Virus record (IMG/VR): IMGVR_UViG_3300047320_000091
Source: an uncultured virus (IMG/VR IMGVR_UViG_3300047320_000091)
Taxonomy: Duplodnaviria > Heunggongvirae > Uroviricota > Caudoviricetes
DNA: 64,000 bases
Strand: one strand, 5' to 3'
A program made the translations under genes and the position numbers. This document shows positions 10,509 to 19,433 of the stretch, piece by piece. The notes beneath the pieces were generated by a model. That model did no database searches. It was not told the origin of the DNA and worked only from the letters and a program-made list of their open reading frames with translations. Numbering within the stretch: position 1 is the stretch's first letter; every line of letters starts with the position of its first letter.

Positions 10509-11468
10509 TTAAGCGGCGTCTGCCGCGGGTTCTGCGGGTTTCTCGTTGCTGTTCGCCGCCTTCCGGGAGCGTGTCGCTTTGGGTTTGGGCTCGGGCAACG
10601 GGCGGCCGGAGTCCTTGTCGGCCTGCTTGACGGCCTCCTTGTCGATGTTGATGAGCTTCTTCCCATCCTTCGAGTAGGAGATCGTCACGCCCTTGCCGGA
10701 GGCGATCTTGGCGTCGCCAGGCATCAGCGCCTTGATCGCCTTCTTCGCCTTCTCGTGCTCTTCAGCGACGGTCTTGGTCTCGACCATCTTCTGGGCGAGG
10801 TCGCACCAGGCGTTGTCCTGGCTCATGTCGGCGACGCGGATCTTCTCCAGCAGCGGGACCTCCGCCACAGGATTTCCGGGCGTGCGGCCCGTCTGGACGC
10901 AGTCCCAGAAGTCCTGCTCGGCCTGGAGCATCTTGGCCTGGTAGAAGATGTCGGCCGTGACCTCCATCGACACCCACTGGCCAGCGCCCGTGATGATCGA
11001 CAGGTACGAGACCGGCAGATCCATCACCATCATGTTGTGCTGGCACTGCGGGTAGTACTTGTCGAAGGCGGCTTGCTTGTCGAAGCCGAACGGGAACATG
11101 AACTTGAACTCGACCATCGCCTTGACGGGGCCTTCGAGCGTCTGACGCACGAGTCCATCGAGGGTGGCGTGAGCCTTGTCCCAATCCTTGTAGAAGACCT
11201 TGTCCTGCTCGTTGGTCACGACCATGCCGGTCTGGAACTCGAACCAGTCAGCGTTCAGGTGTTCGGTCACGTTGCCGAGCTGGACCAGCAGGATCTCGGA
11301 CATATCCTCCTGCTCCTGCTCGCCGCGCTTCTCGCGCCAGAGCTGCTCGATCGCTTGCTGGTTGCCGGACATGATGATCCGCGCGTCCGAACCGCCAAGA
11401 GACGTCATGCGGGCGGCACGGGCTTCATCGCTCATTCCGAGGTGGCGGGTACGTCGTAGAAACTGCAT
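10509..11468 (-). CDS. YqaJ/lambda-exonuclease family protein
   Basis: LGGSDA, LWREKRG, ATLDG...VEFK, YYPQCQHNM. Confidence 0.88.
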   Translation of the reverse strand: MQFLRRTRHLGMSDEARAARMTSLGGSDARIIMSGNQQAIEQLWREKRGEQEQEDMSEILLVQLGNVTEHLNADWFEFQTGMVVTNEQDKVFYKDWDKAHATLDGLVRQTLEGPVKAMVEFKFMFPFGFDKQAAFDKYYPQCQHNMMVMDLPVSYLSIITGAGQWVSMEVTADIFYQAKMLQAEQDFWDCVQTGRTPGNPVAEVPLLEKIRVADMSQDNAWCDLAQKMVETKTVAEEHEKAKKAIKALMPGDAKIASGKGVTISYSKDGKKLINIDKEAVKQADKDSGRPLPEPKPKATRSRKAANSNEKPAEPAADAA

Positions 11469-11479
11469 CTCAGTTCTCC

Positions 11480-12163
11480 TCAGCGGTATTCGTTCCAGAT
11501 GATTTCTCCGCCCAGGGTCTGGACGAAGACGGCGTGTGCGGCTCGCTCCTCATCGGTGAGCCGCGGCGGCAGTGGCACCGGTCGCTGTCTCGCAGCCGGC
11601 AGGTTGTCGATGGTGTGGGCGGGGTTACCGTCCTCGCCGAGCAGCGAGAGGCCGTACTGTCGGCCGCCGCGCAGTTCGACGTAGACTTCGCTCAGCAGCT
11701 GCGCGTCGAGCAGGGCGCCGTGCAGGTCTCGCTTGCTGGTGTCGACGTTGAAGGCGGAGCACAGAGCATCGAGCGTTGCTCGCTTGCCCGGACGCTTCGT
11801 CTTCGCCATCTCCAGCGTGTCGACGATTTCGTTCTGGAGCGGCTGCATATCGAGCCGATCCAGTTCGTCGTTGATCATCCCGAGATCGAAGGGTGCGTTG
11901 TGCGCCACCAACCGCGCATCACCGATGAAGGTGAGGAACTGGTTGACGACCCGTCTGAACGTCGGCTTCGTCTTCAGGAACTCATTGCTGAGCCCGTGGA
12001 CGGCGAACGCATCCCTGTGAACCGGGTGCAACGGGTTGACGTATTTGTGGAACGTCTTGCCCGTTGGCAGCAGGTTGTTGATCTCGACGCAGCCGATTTC
12101 CACGATGCGATCGAGCTTGCGCTCAAGGCCCGTGGTTTCGGTGTCGATGATGATCTCTCTCAC
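11480..12163 (-). CDS. dnaQ: DNA polymerase III epsilon-like 3'-5' exonuclease
   Basis: DTETTG, HNAPFD, HGALLDA DEDDh motifs; GGRQ clamp-binding-like motif. Confidence 0.93.
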   Translation of the reverse strand: MREIIIDTETTGLERKLDRIVEIGCVEINNLLPTGKTFHKYVNPLHPVHRDAFAVHGLSNEFLKTKPTFRRVVNQFLTFIGDARLVAHNAPFDLGMINDELDRLDMQPLQNEIVDTLEMAKTKRPGKRATLDALCSAFNVDTSKRDLHGALLDAQLLSEVYVELRGGRQYGLSLLGEDGNPAHTIDNLPAARQRPVPLPPRLTDEERAAHAVFVQTLGGEIIWNEYR

Positions 12164-12399
12164 ATTGGCCTCCGGGTGATCGGATCGATCCCCTCGTCAC
12201 GGAGCTGGGCGAACACCTGGTCTCGCAGCCGATCGGCAAGCGTCTGCGACGAGTCCAGGAGTGCGGAGATCGACAGCTCCACTTGTTCAGCGGAGCCGAC
12301 GATGAAGGACGCCTCCAGCCGGCAGAGACATGCCTCGTGGACCCGTCTCGCCGCCTGGAATTTGAGGTAGGCGTCGGTGAGGTCCGAGCTACGCGGCAT
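12160..12399 (-). CDS. hypothetical protein
   Basis: 79-aa ORF MPRSSDLTDAY..., coupled to dnaQ. Confidence 0.5.
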   Translation of the reverse strand: MPRSSDLTDAYLKFQAARRVHEACLCRLEASFIVGSAEQVELSISALLDSSQTLADRLRDQVFAQLRDEGIDPITRRPM

Positions 12400-13339
12400 G
12401 CGCAGTCGGAGCGTGGACAACTGGCAGGCCACGACCGATGCTCGGGTGAGCGAGATCGGGGTGGTCCTGCATCCATTTCTGAACGAACCAGAGTTGACCG
12501 CAGCCGCCGCCGATCGTGTCCTGGCCGGCCGGATCGAACACGCGGACATCGAAGCCGCGCTCGACCATCTTGATGCTGAAGTCCGAAGCCAGCGAACGCT
12601 GGTGCTCGTTGGTCGCCGGCATGCCTTCGGAGCGCTCGCAGACCACGGAGATGGTCGCGTTCCAGACATGCGGATCGAACAGGGCGCGCAGCCGATCGGC
12701 ATCCTCGACCGAGGAGTTGCCGTCGTGGGCGCAGTAGTTGAAGAACGGGTTGCGGCCGGTGACCTCGTGCCAGATGTGACCTTCGCGGGCGATCTGCTGC
12801 AGCGTCAGTTTCTTCTTGAATGGCACCAGGAAGTCACGCGCGGCGTCCGTCGTCTCGTGGACCGAGAACTGGAGACCGATCGTCGGGATCTCCATCGAGA
12901 TTTCCCGCACGGGTTCGTAGTTGACGTTCGGCGCAGATGTGGAGATCAGCAGCGCGGCGTTCGGATACAGCCGATAGAGCTCCCGCAGCGCCGGGATCAG
13001 ACCCTTCAGGTTCAGGAGCGGCTCGCCCATGGACATGAACATGATCTGCAGGCGCTTCATCTCTGAGGCCTGGATGCCGGTCTGCTCGATCGAGTGCTCG
13101 ACCTGGGCGATGATCTCGTCGGCGGTCAGCGACCGGACGAAGTTGTCGCCAGCGCCACAGAAGCGGCAGCCAACCGGGCAGCCGGACTGCGTCGAGCAGC
13201 AGATGACGGCGCGAGTGGCGTAGTCCGGGTACTTGTAGAGCACCGACTCCGCGACCGCGGTGCCGTTGTCGAACACGAACTTGGCGACGTTTTGTGCGGC
13301 GTCGTCGATCCGCTTGATGTCATTCCAGGCAGGTCTCAC
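12389..13339 (-). CDS. RlmN/Cfr-like radical SAM RNA methyltransferase
   Basis: ICCSTQSGCPVGCRFC (CxxxCxxC plus resolving Cys), MSMGEP, QFSVH, C-terminal GGCGQL; GTG start overlaps the upstream stop (GTGA). Confidence 0.85.
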   Translation of the reverse strand: MRPAWNDIKRIDDAAQNVAKFVFDNGTAVAESVLYKYPDYATRAVICCSTQSGCPVGCRFCGAGDNFVRSLTADEIIAQVEHSIEQTGIQASEMKRLQIMFMSMGEPLLNLKGLIPALRELYRLYPNAALLISTSAPNVNYEPVREISMEIPTIGLQFSVHETTDAARDFLVPFKKKLTLQQIAREGHIWHEVTGRNPFFNYCAHDGNSSVEDADRLRALFDPHVWNATISVVCERSEGMPATNEHQRSLASDFSIKMVERGFDVRVFDPAGQDTIGGGCGQLWFVQKWMQDHPDLAHPSIGRGLPVVHAPTAHAA

Positions 13340-13920
13340 GAGAGCATATCCTTGAAGCTGATGCCGTCTGCCGGCACGATGCCGATGTCTTTCTTCAAGC
13401 CGGTCAGGATGAACCCGACCGTCCTCGTCTTGATCTCGGCGGTGTTCTGCCGATTGGGTTTGCGGGTCGGGCAGTAAAGCCGGTGGACCAGCTCCTGATC
13501 TCCGCCGCGGGCGAGGGCGATGGCCGCCTTGGTGAGACGCTCGGGGAGGCGAGCGACGTTGCACCAGCGCATCCACTCCAGGACGCCGAGAGCACGATCC
13601 ACGTCGTTCCGCTGGGGAGCGGTCTTCGTGCTGCCGTCGAAGGGCTTCATCGAGCTGAAGAGACGAAGGCGTTCGATCTCGATCAGTTCGGCCCGCGACA
13701 TGCCGATCATGTTCCAGCCGCCTGAGCGGGAGCCGGACGTGAGCCAGCGCCGCTCCTGGTCAGGTGTCTTGTCGATGACCTCGACGGACTCGACGAGAAG
13801 CTGCCAGATGACGTCGCTGTGCTTTGCCCGTTCACCCTTCAGAGCGAACGCCAGCTCTCCGCCATGGGAGAGCCAGCTGAGCGCCTGGGTGCGAGCCTCA
13901 AGCGGGGACGAGCTGGTCAT
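13336..13920 (-). CDS. hypothetical protein (DUF6362-like, possible regulator)
   Basis: APQRNDVDRALGVLEWMRW segment. Confidence 0.5.
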   Translation of the reverse strand: MTSSSPLEARTQALSWLSHGGELAFALKGERAKHSDVIWQLLVESVEVIDKTPDQERRWLTSGSRSGGWNMIGMSRAELIEIERLRLFSSMKPFDGSTKTAPQRNDVDRALGVLEWMRWCNVARLPERLTKAAIALARGGDQELVHRLYCPTRKPNRQNTAEIKTRTVGFILTGLKKDIGIVPADGISFKDMLS

Positions 13921-14251
13921 TCGCCACCGCTGCGTTGCCGTACATCTGACGGCGGCGCGTTGCCCGGTACTCGTACTCGCCATAGCCGAGGCGCTTCTGC
14001 GTGAGCAGGATCTGGCCTTCGTCCGCGTCCTTGCGGATGCGGTCAGCGATCACGTTGAGCTGGGCGATGTTCATGCGCTCGATGGCGCGCAGGACATCGT
14101 GCTCCGGGATCTCCTTCTGGCGATCACGCTGAAGGTGACCGGTCCAGTAGACCAGCACGTCGCCGGCAGCCGCCTGCTTGAGCCAGTCGTAATAGTCGGA
14201 CAGAGCGCCCGGGGAGATGTCGAGGATGGTGGTCTCGGACGACGACATCAC
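13898..14251 (-). CDS. hypothetical protein
   Basis: 117-aa coupled ORF. Confidence 0.6.
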   Translation of the reverse strand: MMSSSETTILDISPGALSDYYDWLKQAAAGDVLVYWTGHLQRDRQKEIPEHDVLRAIERMNIAQLNVIADRIRKDADEGQILLTQKRLGYGEYEYRATRRRQMYGNAAVANDQLVPA

Positions 14252-14646
14252 GCCCCCACCTTGTTCTGGACGAGGGCCGAGTACATCCCGACGACGTAGA
14301 CCATGTTGTCCACGATCTTGCCGAGGTGCGAGACGTCCTGACGGTCCTGCTCGCGTTCGATCTCGGCCATGCCTTCCGGCGTCAGCTCGAACTCGAAGTT
14401 GTCGTCCTCGTCGTTGTCGAGGTCGTCATCAAGATCCTCGGGATCGTCGAGCAGGCCAGATGGGCCGCCCTCGTTGTCATCTTCATCGCTGTCGGCGGTG
14501 AAGATCAGGATGGTGGCAACAGGCTCATCCTCGAGACCGAGGCAGGGGCCGCCGGCCGGGCAGGTGCAGGGGATGATCTCGATGCCAGCCTTCGCGGCCA
14601 GTTCGTCGGCCAGGAAAGGGAGCACGGTGGTGAACTGATGTCTCAT
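14248..14646 (-). CDS. acidic hypothetical protein
   Basis: long D/E-rich tract; dispersed motif at 14657 directly upstream. Confidence 0.55.
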   Translation of the reverse strand: MRHQFTTVLPFLADELAAKAGIEIIPCTCPAGGPCLGLEDEPVATILIFTADSDEDDNEGGPSGLLDDPEDLDDDLDNDEDDNFEFELTPEGMAEIEREQDRQDVSHLGKIVDNMVYVVGMYSALVQNKVGA

Positions 14647-14686
14647 AAGCCCTCGGTTTGCATTCAAGCAAATGTCTGTGATGCGA

Positions 14687-14729
14687 AAAGGGGCGCCCTG
14701 GCACGCACAACCAGATCAGGGCGCCCCTC
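14687..14729 (-). terminator. intrinsic terminator
   Basis: minus strand GAGGGGCGCCCTG...CCAGGGCGCCCC followed by TTTT. Confidence 0.65.
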
Positions 14730-14767
14730 GATATTCCCCGCTCAACGGGGAAGCTCAGTTGCTGTCG

Positions 14768-15181
14768 TTAAGCCGCCGCTCGACGATCCTCCCACAGTGC
14801 CAAGCTCAGCTCCGACCGGAGCTGCTTGTAGCCAGGGAAGTTCATGTTCTGCTTTTGAGTGCCCCATTCGAGGTTGCTCGACTTGTTGTTCGAGCCGACC
14901 TCATCCATGTGCAACACAACAGCTTCAGGGAAAGGCTTGGGACCGTGGAAGGCCTCACAGACCAGGACGTGAACCCGATGGGTTTTGCCCTTGTACTGGA
15001 GGATGAACTTCTCCTTCTCCGGATCCCACACACCGAGCGTTGGCTCGCCTCCGTAGAAGCGAGTCCCCCCGTTCGGCATGGTCGCCACGTATGGCAACCG
15101 CATCACCCTTCCGAGCGACGACACGAGATATTCTGGAAGCCGAAGGCTCGGCCTCCAGATCTCTCCGTCGTTGTCATTCAT
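14768..15181 (-). CDS. NUMOD4-HNH homing endonuclease
   Basis: EIWRP...YLVSSLGRV (NUMOD4); VHVLVCEAFHG...VLHMDEVGSNNKSSNLEWGTQKQN. Confidence 0.88.
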   Translation of the reverse strand: MNDNDGEIWRPSLRLPEYLVSSLGRVMRLPYVATMPNGGTRFYGGEPTLGVWDPEKEKFILQYKGKTHRVHVLVCEAFHGPKPFPEAVVLHMDEVGSNNKSSNLEWGTQKQNMNFPGYKQLRSELSLALWEDRRAAA

Positions 15182-15190
15182 GACTCGACT

Positions 15191-15805
15191 CTAAAATGGG
15201 ATGTCATCATCCATGTCATTGCGACCACCGCCGCCGCGGTTGTTGCTGCCGCCGCGGTCATCGTTGCGGCTGCTGCCACGGTCGTCGCGATCGTTGCGGC
15301 TCGACGAGCCACGGCTGTTGCCACCGCGATCATCACGGTCATCGCGACCGCCACGATCGTCACGATCACGGCTCGACGAGCGGCTGCCACGGTCGTCACG
15401 ATCATCGCGACCACCGCGGTCATCACGACCGTTGCCGCTGCGCTCGTTGTCGTTCTTCTCCCAGATCTTCTGCACGGTGCCGTTGAAGGCGCCGACCTTG
15501 ATCTCGGTCGAGAACTTCTCGACGTCCTGCTGGTCCTTCCACTTGCGGGTCTCGATCGAGCCTTCGAGGTAGACCTGATCGCCCTTGCGGAGATTGTCCT
15601 CGATGAACTTGAGGGTGCCCTTGCCCTTCTCGCCCCACACGTTGACGCGGTGCCACTCGGTCTTCTCTTCCCACTCGCCCGTCTGCTTGCTCTTCCAGCG
15701 CTCGCTGGTAGCAACCGACAGGTTCGCGACGTCGGCATTGCCGACAGCGCGGATCTCGGGATCCTTGCCGAGGCGGCCCATGATGATCGCTTTGTTAACT
15801 GACAT
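15191..15805 (-). CDS. ssb: single-stranded DNA-binding protein
   Basis: MSVNKAIIMGRLGKDPE...TEWHRV...ETRKW; acidic tip DDDIPF; repetitive RDDRGG linker. Confidence 0.96.
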   Translation of the reverse strand: MSVNKAIIMGRLGKDPEIRAVGNADVANLSVATSERWKSKQTGEWEEKTEWHRVNVWGEKGKGTLKFIEDNLRKGDQVYLEGSIETRKWKDQQDVEKFSTEIKVGAFNGTVQKIWEKNDNERSGNGRDDRGGRDDRDDRGSRSSSRDRDDRGGRDDRDDRGGNSRGSSSRNDRDDRGSSRNDDRGGSNNRGGGGRNDMDDDIPF

Positions 15806-15863
15806 GTCGTCTCCTTTTCTCCGTTTGCATTACCATCCCGTTTGCATTCATGCAAGCGGGAAA

Positions 15864-17432
15864 TCAAAAATCTAGCTTGGTGAAGAGGCCGGTCTTCTCG
15901 TTGAAGCCGACGTCGACCGAGCCCGTGTTGCCGGCGATGCGCTTGAGGCGCACCTTCGGGATGAAGATGGTTCGTTCGTTCGGCGCCTCGTCCGGTCGGC
16001 ATGCATGCACGACCACGCCGAGGTCCGGCTTGTTCGCCCAGTGTGCCGAGTCCGAGATGTTGTAGAGCCCCGGGATCATCTTGCCCTCCAGCTTGGTCGG
16101 GTGCGCTACAACGCAGGTCGCGCAACCGAACCGGTTGCCGAACCGCTTCATCTTCTTGATCGCCTTGCCGACATACTCAGTCAGCGACATGGCGTTGGGC
16201 CGGTTGTGCTCCAGCTCGTTCCACGGGTCGATCATCAGCATCTTTACGCCGTAGCGGAAGACAGCTGCTGCAGCCCGGTCGAGCACGAAGTCCAGGTCGA
16301 CCTCGATGTCGTCGTTATCGTCGTCGTAGTCGATGAAGTAGAAGTAGCGCTCGACGAATGCCTCGGCTCTCTTCCGGTCTTCAGGCGTCCACGCAGCGCG
16401 CTCCTTCTCCAGGAACGCGGTCATCAGCTCATAGGCCAGGAACGGCTTCACCGACTTCTCGCCTGAGAACATCGCGATCGGCCACTTGTGTCTCATCGCC
16501 AGCTTGACGGCGACCTGGTTCATGAAGGTCGACTTGCCGACGTTGGGGATGCCGGTGCAGACGATGAACTGTCCCTGGTAGAACTTCATCTTCTCGTCCA
16601 GCTCCTTCGAGATGCCAGCCTCGACCATCTCGGGGATCGCGATCTCCGGATAGTCTGACAGCTTGAAGAGGCCCTTGACGGGCCACTCCTTGGCATTCTC
16701 GATGACCTCGCGGACCTTCTCCGCACCCAGGTACTTCTTGACCTCGTTCAGATCCTTGCAGCGTCTCAGCTCGCCGGTCTTCTTGTCGGGAACCACCTCG
16801 TCTTCCGGATACTGGATCCAGAAGCATTTCGCGGGGCCGATGCGTCTGACCAACTCCTTCGCCAGCCGGCGACCGGGCTCGTCGCCATCAGTCGCGATGA
16901 TGTGGTACTTCACCGCCATGATCGGCTGCAGGAGCCGAACCATGAACGAGAACTTGTCGTCGTCCTCGGGGTCGATGTCCTTGGCGTCATCCCGCACGGG
17001 GATGAGGTTGCCGTGCTTGTCGCGGGCAGGCGGCGCTCCATCCGGGACCGAGATGATCGTCTCATAGCCGGACTCCTTGCCGGCCTGGACGTCGAACTCG
17101 CCCTCGGTCCAGATCAGGGAATCCGTGCCGGCTTCCAGACGCGCCATCGTGTCCTCGTTGAAGAGGACGTCGGCGTTGTAGACCGTCTTCACGGCGCCCT
17201 TCTTCTGCATGAACCGGCGCTCGCCATCCTGCGCCCACCGGTACTTGGCGTTCACTTCAACGCCGTGCTCGAAGTAGGGAAAGCACAGGACGTTGCCGCG
17301 TTCATCCGGCAGAACGACGAGGTTGTCCTGCGAATCTCGCGAGAGACGCCCGCTGTACATCCCCATATCCGCCGACATTTCCACGCTGAGGCCGCGGTCC
17401 TCGATCCCCCTTGCGTGCTTCTCGCTTAGCAT
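15864..17432 (-). CDS. Twinkle/T7 gp4-like primase (TOPRIM)-helicase lacking the N-terminal Zn domain
   Basis: WTEGEFD, ATDGDEPG, KDLNE (TOPRIM); TGIPNVGKST, MIDPWN, VAHPTK (SF4 helicase); ATG at 17432 follows GGAG. Confidence 0.92.
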   Translation of the reverse strand: MLSEKHARGIEDRGLSVEMSADMGMYSGRLSRDSQDNLVVLPDERGNVLCFPYFEHGVEVNAKYRWAQDGERRFMQKKGAVKTVYNADVLFNEDTMARLEAGTDSLIWTEGEFDVQAGKESGYETIISVPDGAPPARDKHGNLIPVRDDAKDIDPEDDDKFSFMVRLLQPIMAVKYHIIATDGDEPGRRLAKELVRRIGPAKCFWIQYPEDEVVPDKKTGELRRCKDLNEVKKYLGAEKVREVIENAKEWPVKGLFKLSDYPEIAIPEMVEAGISKELDEKMKFYQGQFIVCTGIPNVGKSTFMNQVAVKLAMRHKWPIAMFSGEKSVKPFLAYELMTAFLEKERAAWTPEDRKRAEAFVERYFYFIDYDDDNDDIEVDLDFVLDRAAAAVFRYGVKMLMIDPWNELEHNRPNAMSLTEYVGKAIKKMKRFGNRFGCATCVVAHPTKLEGKMIPGLYNISDSAHWANKPDLGVVVHACRPDEAPNERTIFIPKVRLKRIAGNTGSVDVGFNEKTGLFTKLDF

Positions 17433-17637
17433 TCTCGTATTCACTCCAGGTGCAGTGGTGGCAGTTCCAGACGACACCTGAGGCGTCGATCTTGACGCTC
17501 AGGCATTTGAGTTTCTTGTGGGCGCCCTTCCGCTTGTGAGAGCAGTTCGGGCAGATCGCGTACGACGTGCCCATCTTGATGGACTTCAGCTTGATGCCGG
17601 CCTTGCTGAGGACTTTCTCAACGTCGACGCTGGCCAT
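17302..17637 (-). CDS. stand-alone primase zinc-binding domain
   Basis: CPNCSHKRK...CLSV...WNCHHC; in a different frame from, and overlapping, the primase-helicase start. Confidence 0.75.
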   Translation of the reverse strand: MASVDVEKVLSKAGIKLKSIKMGTSYAICPNCSHKRKGAHKKLKCLSVKIDASGVVWNCHHCTWSEYENAKREARKGDRGPRPQRGNVGGYGDVQRASLARFAGQPRRSAG

Positions 17638-18443
17638 CAGATCGCCATCCCGGGGCGACCCGGTCTCGTGCGCTCCGGAGCACGCTCGGTTTCCCAACGC
17701 TCCTGATTGACCCAGACGGCGCCGGCCGCGATGTACTTCTCGTTCTTCGCGTCCTCCTTGACCGCAGCATTCATGCGGTCGGCGTAGAAGCGGAGACCGG
17801 CCATCAGGTCGATGAACTCGACCTCATCGTCGTCGTGGACCTTGTCCAGCTTGGTCAGCGCAGCCTTTTTGCTGTCGCCTCGCTTCTTCGGGTAGAGATC
17901 CCAGAACTGCTTCCGGTAGTCCTCAGGCCACGGAGCGGTCTTCCGCTTCCGGTTAGCTTTGGGTTCTCTTGATGGGTTCAGTGTGGGTTCATCTGATAGG
18001 TTAGGCGGCACGTCTTGCCGCTGGTCACCGGCACCAGTTGCCTCACCCCCCGGCATCTCTTGCCGCTGGTCACCGGCATCCTGTGCCGCACCCTCCGGCA
18101 TCTCTTGCCGCGGCACGTCTTGCCGCTGGTTGTCGTTGGCGGCCTTGCCCTTCGCGCGGGCCTTCGGCGGCACGACGTCGCCGGGGTCTTCCATGTTCAG
18201 GAAGATCAGGTCGGTGGTGTCGCGGCGCTTCTGGCGGCGGATCAGGCCCATCTCTTCCAGATCGGCCAGTGCGTATCGGACGGAGCGCGGGCACGCCTCG
18301 ACCTCGTCGGCGATCCGCTGCTGCGATGGCCAGCATGCGCCATCAGCATCGTTGGCCCGGTTGGCGATCGACATCAGCACTGCCTTGCGGAGCGTGCTGC
18401 CAGTCTTGATCTTTCTCGCCCAGGCTTGTGCGTCGAAGCTCAT
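17637..18443 (-). CDS. phage replication initiator (N-terminal winged HTH)
   Basis: KAVLMSIANRAND...CWPSQQRIADE...RSVRYALADLEEMGLI; C-terminal FWDLYPKK; internal iterons. Confidence 0.85.
   Translation of the reverse strand: MSFDAQAWARKIKTGSTLRKAVLMSIANRANDADGACWPSQQRIADEVEACPRSVRYALADLEEMGLIRRQKRRDTTDLIFLNMEDPGDVVPPKARAKGKAANDNQRQDVPRQEMPEGAAQDAGDQRQEMPGGEATGAGDQRQDVPPNLSDEPTLNPSREPKANRKRKTAPWPEDYRKQFWDLYPKKRGDSKKAALTKLDKVHDDDEVEFIDLMAGLRFYADRMNAAVKEDAKNEKYIAAGAVWVNQERWETERAPERTRPGRPGMAI
17957..18125. repeat. iteron array/replication origin inside the initiator gene
   Basis: six CGGCA-N5-TGCC(G/T) palindromes at 18006, 18029, 18051, 18074, 18096 and 18111, followed on the minus strand by a GAACC-repeat element. 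Confidence 0.8.
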
Positions 18444-18555
18444 CTCGTAGTTCCCTTGGATTTGACCCGCGTGGCGGGTTCGTGTATTTGCAGGAAAGCA
18501 AATGCAAATGCAAGCCACGAAATGTCGTGGCTGCACAACTCGAGTCACACCAAAA

Positions 18556-19164
18556 ATGGGTTCCATCCTCGTGGCCGGTCTCGACCCGGCCTTCGCCAAC
18601 TTCGGCATCGCCAGAATGCGTCTCGACCTCGACAGCCTGGAGCTGTCCTTGGAGGCCGTGCGGACGCTCGTGACGCGCCCCATCGACAAGAAGGCCCGCA
18701 AGGTCGTCCGGAAGAACAGCGACGATCTGCGCCGCGCCAAGGAGCTGCACGACGGCTTCCACGAGGCTATCGCCGGGTGCGTTGTCGCCTTCGGTGAAAT
18801 CCCTACCGGAACGCAGGGGCAGCGCGCTGCACTGGGCTTCGGCGTCGCGCTGGGCGTCCTGGCTTCATGCCCGATCCCTATCATCCAGGTGATGCCGGCC
18901 GAGACCAAAGCCGCGATCGGGAACCCAAAGGCGGAGAAGCCCGAGATCATCGCCTGGGCCGGCGCCCGTTATCCACAGATCGACTGGCTCAGATATCACG
19001 AAGACGTGATCTACCGCGGCGAGAAGCGGCGGAGCGCCGGGGATTTGCACGAAGACAATGAGCATGTTGCGGACGCCACGGCGGTTTGCCACGCCGGAAT
19101 CAAAACGGAGCAATTCAAGCAACTGATGGCGCTTTGGAAAGCTGCCGGGGTTCCGGTGTTTTAA
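18556..19164 (+). CDS. RuvC-like Holliday junction resolvase
   Basis: VAGLDPAFANFG, FGEIP, ETKAAIG...AEKPEII, EHVADATAV. Confidence 0.85.
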   Translation: MGSILVAGLDPAFANFGIARMRLDLDSLELSLEAVRTLVTRPIDKKARKVVRKNSDDLRRAKELHDGFHEAIAGCVVAFGEIPTGTQGQRAALGFGVALGVLASCPIPIIQVMPAETKAAIGNPKAEKPEIIAWAGARYPQIDWLRYHEDVIYRGEKRRSAGDLHEDNEHVADATAVCHAGIKTEQFKQLMALWKAAGVPVF

Positions 19165-19433
19165 CGGAACCTCAACCTTCATCTGTTGTTTCGCTTGCTT
19201 CGCGCTATTTTCGGGTCTTCGAACAGACCCGGAACAAAAAATCGTTTGCAATCAAGCGAAACCAGCCTTACTGAGTCGCGTTAGCATCCGTGCAAACGGA
19301 GGAACGCGGAACAATGTTGACAAGTTGCATTTTGAGTTTGCTTAGAGCCCGTGCTGCCGCTGATGTTAGTCAGCGCTGACTTTTCATTGTTACCAGTTTG
19401 CACTGCGCATTTATGCTATTGGAGGACCGCCAA

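Noticed and set aside
17637..18950. Extended N-termini in the ORF track (e.g. 437-aa rep, 395-aa radical SAM, 537-aa SGNH, 444-aa ligase)
   Set aside because: The extensions overlap neighbouring genes; downstream starts have RBS or stop-start coupling and coincide with domain starts.
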